Shown piece by piece: positions 27,901-38,470 of a stretch of DNA of 64,000 nucleotides. This DNA is from the human T2T-CHM13v2.0 reference genome, Homo sapiens: NCBI RefSeq assembly GCF_009914755.1, contig NC_060927.1; one strand, written 5' to 3'. The translations under genes and the position numbers were made by a program. The stretch's first letter is position 1, and every line of letters begins with the position of its first letter. The notes under the pieces were generated by a model, which was given only the letters and a program-made list of their open reading frames with translations, was not told the origin of the DNA and searched no databases.

Positions 27901-29147
27901 TTACGAATTAAAAAACTGAGTTGGTGGATGTGGAAAGGAGAAATAGGTTGGTAGCAGAGTAGTTAAAGATCCACAAAGGGACAAGAGAACACAGATTAGT
28001 ATAAGAATAAGTAAGCGGAAAAAGACCACAACAAAGCACACGTCTCCAAATCCCATTAAAGCAAACTCCCAAACTTGAGAATGGATAAATTCAATAAATT
28101 GGTTGAGCCTCATTAATCTGACAGAGTGTTTATCTTCTTTTTTTAAAAAGTGTACATTAGACACTCTTTATCCTGTCCAATTCACTTGGAAGCAGCATTT
28201 TTTGACAATGATTGCACAATTTTCCCTCCTGCTTGAGGGGCAGTCAGTGTACCCAGGACATGACAATTTTGAAGTACAAGAGCATTCAACTTAAATTCTG
28301 ATTAAAATGCTGCCAACGTTCTCATAGTGGTGTGAAATCTTGTTCTAATATCATGGAAATATTTCGGATTTTTTTTCACACCATAAATTCTAAAAGTTAG
28401 GAGTAAAGAAATAACGTCCTCAACACTGAAAATTACTTAGAGTGGTGATATACAAGAGAGTTTTCTGTTCTGTCTCATGTATTACGTTTATATGGCAATA
28501 ACTTATAAACAAAGGAGCCCAGGCTTGTAATTTGACTAGCATTGAAGGTGGAGTACCAGATGAAGGAAGGAACCAAGTACCCAATTCTACATTGTTCTGA
28601 CCATTTATGTGGGAGTGCTTTATATTCCTTGTCACCACAGAAGATAAAATGACCAGTGTTGTTCATGGGCAAGGTCAGAGTGGAGCCTGCAATCCCACAG
28701 TCCAGTGTGCTTCAACCATGAATACAATATTGCCTTGCTATGTCAGCTAGGAAGGGTCTTGTACCATCCATGTCTGTTTTAAATGCAAAGAAAAAAATTT
28801 CCTTCTAATATTTTTACCTGAGCAAAGGACAATCCTTGAGCTTCCACAGTGGTTTTACTTCAGTCACTTAACTCACTTGAAGAGGTAGACTGACATTGTT
28901 TTCCTGATTGTGGATGCGATTCCCTTTTATTCATCTTCTGTAGTTGATCCACAAAGTGCTCACATTGACAGGAGCAAAAGCTAACTCAGGTTGTTTCTAG
29001 ATGTTGATGTAACCAGCAATCTTATTGACTAGCTAGCATGGCCAGGGGTTGAAAAAGTGGGGTAAGGCAGTGTCAAGTCTGTGCCTGACTTGTTGAGAAG
29101 ACAGTAAGGGTTAACAGAAGTAAGGCAAAGTTTGAAAGTGAGCCCAT
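27901..29147 (-). pseudogene. Retroviral env pseudogene, MER34 type, closely similar to HEMO (ERVMER34-1). Stops, frameshifts and an SU deletion
   Basis: Hand translation gives MGSLSNFALLLLTLTVF (ATG 29147), DCWL, QPELAFAP, EAQGLSFAQVKILEGNF, FIFCGDKEYKALPHKWSEQCRIGYLVPS..NASQIT, IRNISMILEQDF, ISD-like LQNCHVLGTLTA, CX6CC motif CAIIVKKCC (28192-28218) and a hydrophobic TM segment. Confidence 0.88.
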
Positions 29148-29373
29148 ATTGAAGGATCAGAGGAAGAGTAGGATAGATTGAAAAAAAGCAATCTTCATTT
29201 GGTCTTTTAATAAGTGGGCAACAAAGGAAGGTTTTATTTAAACCAAATAAATAAATACTTTTTGTTTTTTAGGATGGAGAGAGACTTCAAAAGAGGGAAA
29301 TTTCTTGATCTGTGATTTTAGGAATAGCAGTCTGCTTTTTTATTTTTTTGACTTCAGAGCCTGGGAATAGCTA

Positions 29374-29781
29374 TGAGTAGTTGGCCATTCTTGCATTGCT
29401 ATAAAGAAATACTCATGTCTGGGCTTAATTTGTCTCACATTTCTGCATGCTGTACCGAAGTGTGGTGCCAGTGTCTGCTTCCGGTGAGGGCCTCAGGAAG
29501 CTTACATTCATGACAGAAGGTGAAGAGGGAGCAGGTGTGTCACACAGCAAGTGTAGGAGCAAGAGAGAAGAGGGAGGAAGTGCCATATTATTTTAAATGG
29601 CTGGATCTTACATGAACTACCAGAACAAGAACTCACGCATTGCTAAAGAGATGACGCTAAGCCATTCATGCGGGATCCACCTCCATGATCCAAATACCTC
29701 CCCCCAGGCCCCACAACCAGCATTGGGAATTGCATTTCAAGATGAGATTTGGAGAGGACAAATAGCCAAACAACCATATAA
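29374..29781 (-). mobile_element. MSTB-like MaLR LTR inserted near the pol/env boundary
   Basis: GGCCATTCTTGCATTGCTATAAAGAAATAC..GAGGGCCTCAGGAAGCTTAC..GAGATTTGGAGAGGACAAA. Confidence 0.85.
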
Positions 29782-29784
29782 CTG

Positions 29785-32655
29785 TGGAAATTCCTATTTT
29801 GAGCTCACCTAAAAGGATGGTCTTCCAATTGCCCTGGTAGTAATTACCTTGGTCTAGTTTAGTGTGGCTTTTATGAAACCAGGAGAATTTTTCTCTCATT
29901 TTGACGGCAGTGTTGGAGTCAGCAGTCCTTTGCAAAGCCCTTTTCAGTGTTTTCGGTACTGCGCAAGGTGACAATGTATGCTTTCTTCTAAAACCCTTTA
30001 GGCACGGCCAACCTCCTGCCTTAAAAGAATGGCAAGTTGATGGAGGCCACACATTTTTTTTCACCTGTTGATAATGTTTCAAATATACCTGTTAGCTCTT
30101 ATATATAGCTAGCCATAGCATCGAATTGTTCACTTAAGTCCCCATCGTGTTCTCTCAATTCAGGAATGGAGGTTTAGAGATGCCAATAGGCATAGGGAGA
30201 CTCAAAATTATTTTACAAGGGGTTTATCTGTGTGTGCTATTTGGAATATTACAGATTTTTATAAAGGCCAGGAGTATGGCTTCTGGCTATTTAAGTGTAT
30301 TTGAGTCTAGATTTTTATATTCCATTTGCCCTGGTGTTTGAGGATAGTACAGAATACCCAGTGTTAATGAGAACCCCAAAGTTATTGTAAGAAAGTAGTT
30401 TATTTGTGCCATAAAATGAAATATCTGATCTGATTCAATCCACGAAGAAATGCCCAAACGAGGAATAATCTAAGTTAATTGTCTTTACTATTGTAGTAGA
30501 ATTAGTATGAGTAATCACCAAACAGTGAGAGGAACCTAAATATGGTGGTAAATCTATAAAATCCATCTGGAGTGGTACTAGGAGCAGCGTAGACCTTGGA
30601 GGATTCTCTGAGGTTTGCTAATTTCCTTGAGAAATGTGAGATTTATAAGTAATGCTTCGGAAATAACTTGGTCATGAATGTCATGATTTTGTGGATGTCA
30701 GGGCAGAACCAATTGTCTTTTAGTCCTTTGTATCCATTTGTGTTTTTCATACTGGTACAGTTGTTTGATAATTAATAAAATTAACCAGGGTTAAAGGCAG
30801 GCTTATAACTTGGGTGGAGAAAGTTTAAGGAAGTCTGTTTTCAATTTCATATTTAGTAGCCTTGTCGGTTCTGCTGCTCCTTAGAGATACAGTATTAGTC
30901 TTCTTAGTGTAGGCAGGTCAGTGAACAACATAGCAATTTTAGTAGGAAGGTCGCATGCAATCAGGCAGCAATTATATGCCCTTTGGCAGTAAGAGTACCT
31001 TCAGAGGTTAAGAATTTGTGGAATTTCCAGACTGTGGCACCACATGACAGACTCCCAAAGCATATCTGGAGTCATTGTAAATAGTGGCAGCTTTGCCCTT
31101 TGGCAGTGTGCAATCTTTAATAAGAGATATGAGGTCAACAGCTCTAGCTGATTTTACAGTGGGCAAAGAGTATGCCTCAAGTGTTTCATGGGAGGAAACT
31201 ATGGTGTAGGCAGTTATGATGTTCCCCTACAAATTCCATTTACAGAAGCCATCACAAAATACAAATAAGTCTGGGTTGTCTAAGAGCTCCTCTGGTGGCT
31301 TTAAAATCATTTCTATAGATGCAAGGTAATCATGTAGAATGAAGTGTAGCTAACCATCATCAGAGAAAGATAGCAAAGTAACTGCATTTAAAGAGCTACA
31401 GTGACATAAGATGATGGAGATATTGGCTAATAGGGCCTATTCATCAGTGATCTGCTGCCATGTAGAGAGTTACTATGTCTTATGAACTTAGAGCAAACAC
31501 AGCATGGAGAACATAGAGGTGAATGGAAGTGTCTCATGTAAGAATACTGGCTTTGTCAATTAGGGCAGCACCTGCTGCTATCACACACAGGCATGGGGCA
31601 TGCCTGATGCCACGGGTCCAATTGACATGAGAAATATGATACAGGACACGTATGAGAGGCAAAAGTTTTGCCCTGCAACAATCACATGAGTTTTATGACA
31701 ATATAGGTGAAAAGGTTTGTCAAAATTAAGTAAACCACGATGCGGGCAATGCTAATTTTAAGACTTCAATGGATGTAATATGTCCCCAAAGGCCAGGGAA
31801 TGAGGTGTCAAATAGTATCTGGGAGGAAGGCATATAAGCATTTAGCAAAGGCTGAAAAATTACTAATCCATTGATAACAACAGCCGGGTGCTCCTAGAAA
31901 TTTTTGTAACTGCTTTTTTTGTTTGTTTTGGAGAGACAGATGGACAAAATTGACTCAAAGCATTTTGTGGGGAGGTTTTGAGTGCTTGCAGATATATCAT
32001 AGTCTAAGTAGGTTATAATCATTTACACACATTGAAATTTATATTAGGAGATTTTATGGCTTTTTTCAGTTAGAACCTTTGGGAGAATGAGGGAGCCTAA
32101 AAGAGCACCCTGCTTAGTTTGGTTATAAAATAAGAGGTCAATAATATGCTGAAAAAGAACGGAGCTTTGGGTAAAGGTTACAGAGTCTGCGTTAGCTTTA
32201 AGGATTTGGAGAAATATTGAAGGGGACTTGCAATATCCCTGGAGCATCCAAGTCCATGTTAATTGTCTTTTTCTAAACATAAATGCAAAGAGGAATCACT
32301 AGTCAGGTGCAATAGAATTGAAAAGACACCTGAGCAGGGGTCAATTACTGTAAAGCCGACTGTGTTAGCAGAAATTGAGGTAAGAATAGTGGTTGGATTA
32401 GGCACTATGAGAAATTACAAAAGGGTTTATAATTCTTGGATGTTGTGCAATCAATAGATTTGGTTTTCTTCCAAATAAAACCTTTTTTTTTTCTACTGAC
32501 AAGATTAGGGTATTGCAAAGTGAGTGAGTAAAGAGCAGCCTACCGTAAGACAGTCTATTATACATTCACTTCCTCATTATGTGTCTCAAGAAAGGGAGTA
32601 TTGCTCTATTTATGAGAAAGGTTTATTGCATATTCTTACTGTGACCCACTTACAA
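29785..32655 (-). pseudogene. Degraded gammaretrovirus-like pol (RT, RNase H, integrase) of the MER34-type provirus
   Basis: RT: CNTLILSV, TVIDPCSGVFSI, TWTWMLQGYCKSPSIF..QHIIDLL. RNase H: FVFCDG..SARAVDL..IYNDSRYALG. Integrase: QMDFIDLP, IIPRLGISSWIESDQ, YYPQTPGQME, TAVK..SWFHKSH. Confidence 0.9.
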
Positions 32656-32810
32656 AATATCACAAGAAATTTGTGATGTCATGTTCTCAATTTTAAAAAT
32701 ATCATTTAAAAGTCTCTTAATGAAATGTCTAAAGCTATATTTATAACAAAGTGTTTTCAAAATTTTGAAAGATATATTTAATAACATTTTGAATTATAAA
32801 GTGAGGTCCA

Positions 32811-33268
32811 GGTCGGGCGCAGTGGCTCATGCCTGTAATCCCAGCACGTTGGGAGGCTGAGGCGGGCGTATCACGAGATCAGGAGATCGAGACATCCTGG
32901 CTAACAGGGTGAAACCCCATCTCTACTAAACAATACAAAAAATTAGCCAGGCATGGTGGCGGGCACCTGTAATCCCAGAACTTTGGGAGGCCGAGGGGGG
33001 CGGATCACGAGGTCAGGAGATCGAGACCATCCTGGCTAACACGGTGAAAACCCGTCTCTACTAAAAATACAAAAAATTAGCTGGGTGTGGTGGCGGGTGC
33101 CTGTAGTCCCAGCTGAGGCAGGCTGAGGCAGGAGAATGGCGTGAACCCGGGAGGCGGGGCTTGCAGTGAGCTGATATTGTGCCACTGCACTCCAGCCTGG
33201 GCGACAGAGTGAGACTCCATCTCAAATAATAATAATAATAATAATAATAATATAAATAAAAAGTAAAA
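32811..33268 (+). mobile_element. Trimeric AluY (left-left-right arms) with a (TAA)n tail
   Basis: Two left arms and two A5TACA6-like linkers. One TSD ATAAAGTGAGGTC (32796-32808 / 33269-33281) flanks the whole unit. Confidence 0.92.
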
Positions 33269-33629
33269 ATAAAGTGAGGTCAAATTGTAGACACTCTCAT
33301 TCATAGGAAATTTACAAATGGTGGATCGTTATCTATACAGCCATAGTGTATTTAATCAATACTCTTATACACATTTCTATGGGCATGTATGTTTAATATA
33401 AATTACTTGATGCTTCCAAGTTGTTTATCATAGTGGTTATGCCAATGCCTAAGAGTTTTGGTTTCTTAACATCCTTGCCAATATTTGCTTTTTAATAGTT
33501 TGCTAATTTTATGTACATAAAATGACAATTAGTTTCAATATGAATTATCCTGATGATTTGTAAGCTTGAGCAGCTTTCCCCACATTTATTCACCACACAT
33601 GTATTATATTCTCAGGATTGTTATTCTAT

Positions 33630-33857
33630 TGGTTAATAGTAGAAACTCTATAGTCATACACACAAGGTATAGACCCCCAGTTGCACATTAGCTTTATAAA
33701 CTTGAGGATATCACTTAAATTCTCTGTTCTTAAGTTTCTTCATCTGTAAAATGAGGATAGTAATAATGCCTGTATCACAGGGATATTCTGAGGGCATAAA
33801 GCATTTAGAATAGAGTCTAGCACAAAATCACCACTTAAAATGTTAGTTATGATTATA
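33630..33857 (+). mobile_element. MIR SINE
   Basis: MIR core GTTTCTTCATCTGTAAAATGAGGATAGTAATAATGCCT. Confidence 0.85.
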
Positions 33858-34957
33858 TTCCTACACGTTGGAAGAGCTTTTTATTTTCAATTAATAACAC
33901 TTCTTATACAAGTTAATGTATAAGTCAATAAAGCATTCTTAGTTATAGAAAGTGAAAACATTTTGTCATATTCTGTGGACTTTATATTTACATGTTACAT
34001 AGTTTCTATTCTGTAGAAAAAATTTCTAATTTAGTCATATATCGGCTTTTGTGCTTAATTTCAGAATTTTTTTTTCAAAATTTCAGGGTGTAATGAGAAT
34101 TTCATGTTTTTCTGCTAAAAGTGAAAAAAATGATTTATTTTTTGTCCAGATTATGTAAACGAGATAAGGTATTTACAAATAAATGGCAAAGTATTCTTGA
34201 ATTATTATAAAAACTCGAACTTTCTCAAAATTTTGCAATGTATTTTCTGCAATGTAGGTAATTTATAGTATAAGCATGGGTATGTGTTCTGCCCATTCTG
34301 TCCACTAGTCAATTTATCTCTTACTTTGCTGTTACCATGTTATTGACTTGACAATTACTATCTAGTTAAGAGTCACCGTCTCTGATCACATCATTGCTTT
34401 CTTTCTTCAAAACTATCTTGAGTATTCTTGGACCTTTGATGTTCCATGTCAGTTTTCAAATTGGCTTCCAATTCCTACTGCCAAATTTACATAGGATTGG
34501 TAATTTCATTAGCTTAGATGTTATAGATTTTTAGGGAAAAAAAAGACACCATTATGATATTATCTTCCCTTCCATAACCAAAGAATTTTCTCCTTGTATT
34601 CAATTGTTTATTCTCCAGCAATATTTAGTAATATTCATAGAATTTATGTGCAGTATTTTTGGTTAAGTTTACTCATAGTTTATTTCTAATTTTGTTGGTA
34701 ATACACATGGATTTTTAAAATGTTGTTCTTGCACCTGATAGCTTTATGTAAAACTGCAGACTGTGAGGAAATCATATTATATGTAAGAAAATAATTTTCA
34801 CTTTTTCCCCACATTGTATATCCTTTCCCCCTCTTTTTCTTGATGTATTACAATGCACTATAAGCCTAGTGTAATTTTAGGTATAGTTGGTAATAAAAGC
34901 CACAGGTCTGGTCTGAAAAGCATAAAATACTCCAGATAGAATTTAATATATGTACTT

Positions 34958-35097
34958 TGTGAGGGTTTAAAAATTACCTGTTGAGTACAGTGTTCACTTC
35001 TTGGGTGATGGGTACACTAAAAGCCCAGACTTTACCATTAAGTAATATACGTATGTAAGAAATCTGCACATATACCCTGTAAATCAATAAAAAAAAT
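34958..35097 (+). mobile_element. Short L1PB/L1MA 3' end with A tail
   Basis: GGGTGATGGGTACACTAAAAGCCCAGACTT..AATCTGCACATATACCC..AATAAAAAAAA. Confidence 0.8.
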
Positions 35098-35169
35098 AAG
35101 AACAGGAGAGTTTTTTTTAACATATTGGAAATTCTCAAGTAAAGAAGGAAAAAGGAGCCTGTCTAGAAG

Positions 35170-35590
35170 GTGCAAAAAAATAATTAGATAACACCTAGAT
35201 ATCAGAAACTTCTACTGGTCCAGGACTAAAATTCAAGAGGCTGCACCTGCAGTTGCTCTGTTGGAGACAGTTATAGTCTGTTCTGGATTTACCATAAAAT
35301 TATTTTCTTAACTAGGGCTTGAATTGATACCTGTGCTTAGAATGCTAGGGTCTGAAATAACCTTCTCCTTGCTGTTCATAACTACCACAAACAGTTGCTA
35401 GTAGCCATGAGGAGGAGAAATTTCCTCTTTTCTTCCTGCCTTCTGATTTCCAACGACTGTTTCCATTAGGCAGAACTTAGGAAGTTCACTGGCAAGGGAT
35501 TCTGGGAACTGTAATTTGTAGGTTTGAAACCCAGTAATACAGAGAAAAGAATATAGATAAGCTCCTTAAACTGAATGACAAATGATAATT
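35170..35590 (-). mobile_element. LTR33-like ERVL LTR fragment
   Basis: CCATTAGGCAGAAC..CTGGCAAGGGATTCTGGGAACTGTAATTTG..ACAGAGAAAAGAATATAGA. Confidence 0.5.
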
Positions 35591-37645
35591 TATTTATGAC
35601 TTTGTTTTCAGGGTAAGGATATTCTCTTCTCTTCTGAGTTTATTATAAATCTCTTTAAGTCATGGATACATGGTGAATTGTAACAAACACTGACTTTTTT
35701 TCTATAAATCTTCAGATAATCAATTTTATTTTAAATTAATGTCCATATGATACATTACTTGAACAGATATTCTGATGTTACAACATCTTTTAACTCCTTA
35801 AATAAATTCACTTGGTAATGATGTATCATTTTTATACAATACTTTATTTGATTTGTCAATATTTTAATTCGTAATTGTGCATATAGTTCACAATTGAGAC
35901 TAGTATATAAGTTATTTTTCTTTCACCAGTTTTCTCCCATGTGTGGATTAACAATTTGCTAGCATGCTAAAATATATTGGGATTCTTCCCCTATGTTATT
36001 ATTCTCTCAAGTAGTTTTATCATACAGAAATATATATTTATTAAATTTTATGAATGGTATTTAAATTCTATGATCTCCATTATAATCAGTGAAATATTTG
36101 ATGACCAAGTTAATTTCTTTAATCTTTTTGTTGTTTTACATATATATTATATGTGAGTTTAAATATATGATATGTGTGTGTATATGTGATATGTAATGAC
36201 ATACCATATATATACACACATACCTATGTTATATATGTGCACATAGAGATATATAATTTCCTCTTTAAAATGTCTTCTAATGCCTTGTCTATCATATTTA
36301 TCAAAGAAAGAGGTTTTGTTTGTTGATCCAATCTGTTCCTTTTGTGATGTATTCTATATTATTTATTTATGCTATATTTTTATTATCACTGACATCTACT
36401 ATATTTAGTTTTACTTTGTTGTCTTTGTTACTATTTTTAGTATATTCTTAGTTTATTATTTGTATTTCTTGTGTGTCTATGTGTGCTATTTAGAGCATTT
36501 AAAGCTCCAAATTGTCTGCTTAATACTGATTTAGGTATGTCCCACGATTTTTGATATGTAGCATATCCACTACCTTCCATCTAAACCCAGAAGTAATGCA
36601 GCATTACATTTTAATTTTTTAAGTATAGGGTTACCATCCCCTACTATATTTGTTGTTTAATTAATTTAAATGCAATATAGAAAATGTGACCTGTATTATA
36701 TATTCTCTTTAATATTTTATTTTATGATCGTTTGAAAATATATTTCTGGTTCTTATTTAAAATACCTCATGTGTTGCTTGTTTACATATGTATATATATT
36801 TATCTATGGTGAATGTATATTCCAATTTTCCTTCAATAATGACTTATTGAGTAAACTCCTGTATTCAAAATGTTTAGGTTCCTTTTGAAGGGATATTTTG
36901 TACCCTATGTTATTATATTTTGAGGTTGGTTTCCAATCTCCCTCTGTCTCTTCTCTCACCCCTGCCCCTCTATGATTTTGCATTTTCCCTACAACCCCAG
37001 CTTTCATCTCTTTCATGTACCCCGGACATTACATCTTCCAGTTGGAGATCCATAGCAGAGGATAGTATGGCTCAGCTTCTGGCCAGGAGCCTGTTTCTGT
37101 TTCTCCTCATTTGGCCCAGCAGTTTGCTAGAGGCTGTAGCTTTGCCTCTTTCAATAAGCAGCTAAGAGTTATCCGTTAATCAGACTCTGAGACTTAAGCC
37201 TGGCTTCAGGTCACTCATCTTGAATGAAACACATTTTTGTCCCATTGCTTATCTCTGATCCTAGAGTCCTCTCCTAGTTTCAATGCTATTGTCCCCATCG
37301 TATGTCTGTCTGTCTTATTTCATTTGTTCATGTTTGTGTTTTTGTTTGCTTTTTTTCTAGTCCACATTGATATTTGAATTATTTGTTCATCTAACCATTC
37401 ATTGTTATTTATGTAGCTATCGACCAAATAGGTCATTAGGGTTTTAACTTACTGTATTTTTGCACCAGAATTTTTTTGTATTATTTTTATAGTATTGTTT
37501 TTCTGCCACATTTTAGTATACTGGATATTGCGAATCATGATAATGTCATTCTGGAGAGATTCATCTACATATAAAAAGCTTTGGATTTAAAGTTTGAATG
37601 ATTAACCTGGAATTAAAATAATGCCATGATCAAAATCTAAATTCT

Positions 37646-37885
37646 TTTTTTTTTTTTTTGAGATAGGGTCTCCCGTTGCCCAGTGATTCTCCTACCTCAG
37701 CCTCCCTAGTAGTGGAACTACAGGTGTTCACTACCACAGCCAGCTAGTGTTTTGTATTTTTCTTTAGAAGAGATGGGGTTTCACCATGTTTCCCAGGCTG
37801 GTCTTGAACTCCTGGACTCAAGCAACCTGCCTGCCTCGGCCTCCCAACATGCTGGGATTACAGGTGTAAGCCACCGTTCCTAGCC
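37646..37885 (-). mobile_element. AluJ with about 60 bp deleted from the right arm
   Basis: GTTGCCCAG joins directly to TGATTCTCC. TSD AAAATCTAAATTCT / AAAATATAAATTCT. Confidence 0.88.
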
Positions 37886-38116
37886 CTAAAATATAAATTC
37901 TAAGATATTATGTTATTTTAGATAGCCTTGAATATAGGGTTTCTTTGTTATAATTCTCAACTTACATCTTGGAGCGATCCTTACATAAATATCTAAACTG
38001 TATTTTTGCCCTGATGATTTTCATATTTTGAAAAATGTCTGCATTACTTTCTTCTTATCAACTATATGTAATTTTGAAATTTATCATAAGGTCCTAGAAA
38101 AATTTAGTGAGAATGT

Positions 38117-38470
38117 GAGGAATTCACTAGAATCTAAAGAATATCTTTTTACATATATATACTTTCTATATATATATACTTTATATATATTATAATATAT
38201 AAATATACATATATAATACATATGTAATATATATTACATATATTATATATTATATATCTCTATATATAGTTTATATATAATATATAAAGTATACATAGAC
38301 AGTATATATATATAAAGTATATATAGAGAGAGTATATATATATTCTTTAGATTTGAGTGAATTCCTCTCTCTATATATACTTTATATATATTATATATGA
38401 TATATATATTTAATATATAATATATATAATATATACATACTTTATATATATATTATATATATACTTTCTT
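38117..38470. repeat. AT-rich low-complexity block containing an about 250-bp imperfect palindrome
   Basis: 38117-38144 is the reverse complement of 38340-38367 (26 of 28 nt match), enclosing (TA)n-rich arms. Confidence 0.88.

Larger units (their letters stand above)
33300..36900 (-). mobile_element. Fragmented ancient L1M(E) ORF2 relic hosting younger insertions
   Basis: T-rich antisense L1-like phrases (e.g. TTCTTCAAAACTATCTTGAGTATTCTTGGACCTTTG, GGTAATGATGTATCATTT). Boundaries approximate. Confidence 0.55.

Noticed and set aside
27901-29147. A functional syncytin/HEMO-like gene, or the HEMO locus itself
   Set aside because: Multiple in-frame stops (the first at codon 25), frameshifts and an SU deletion. 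It cannot encode an intact Env in this genome.
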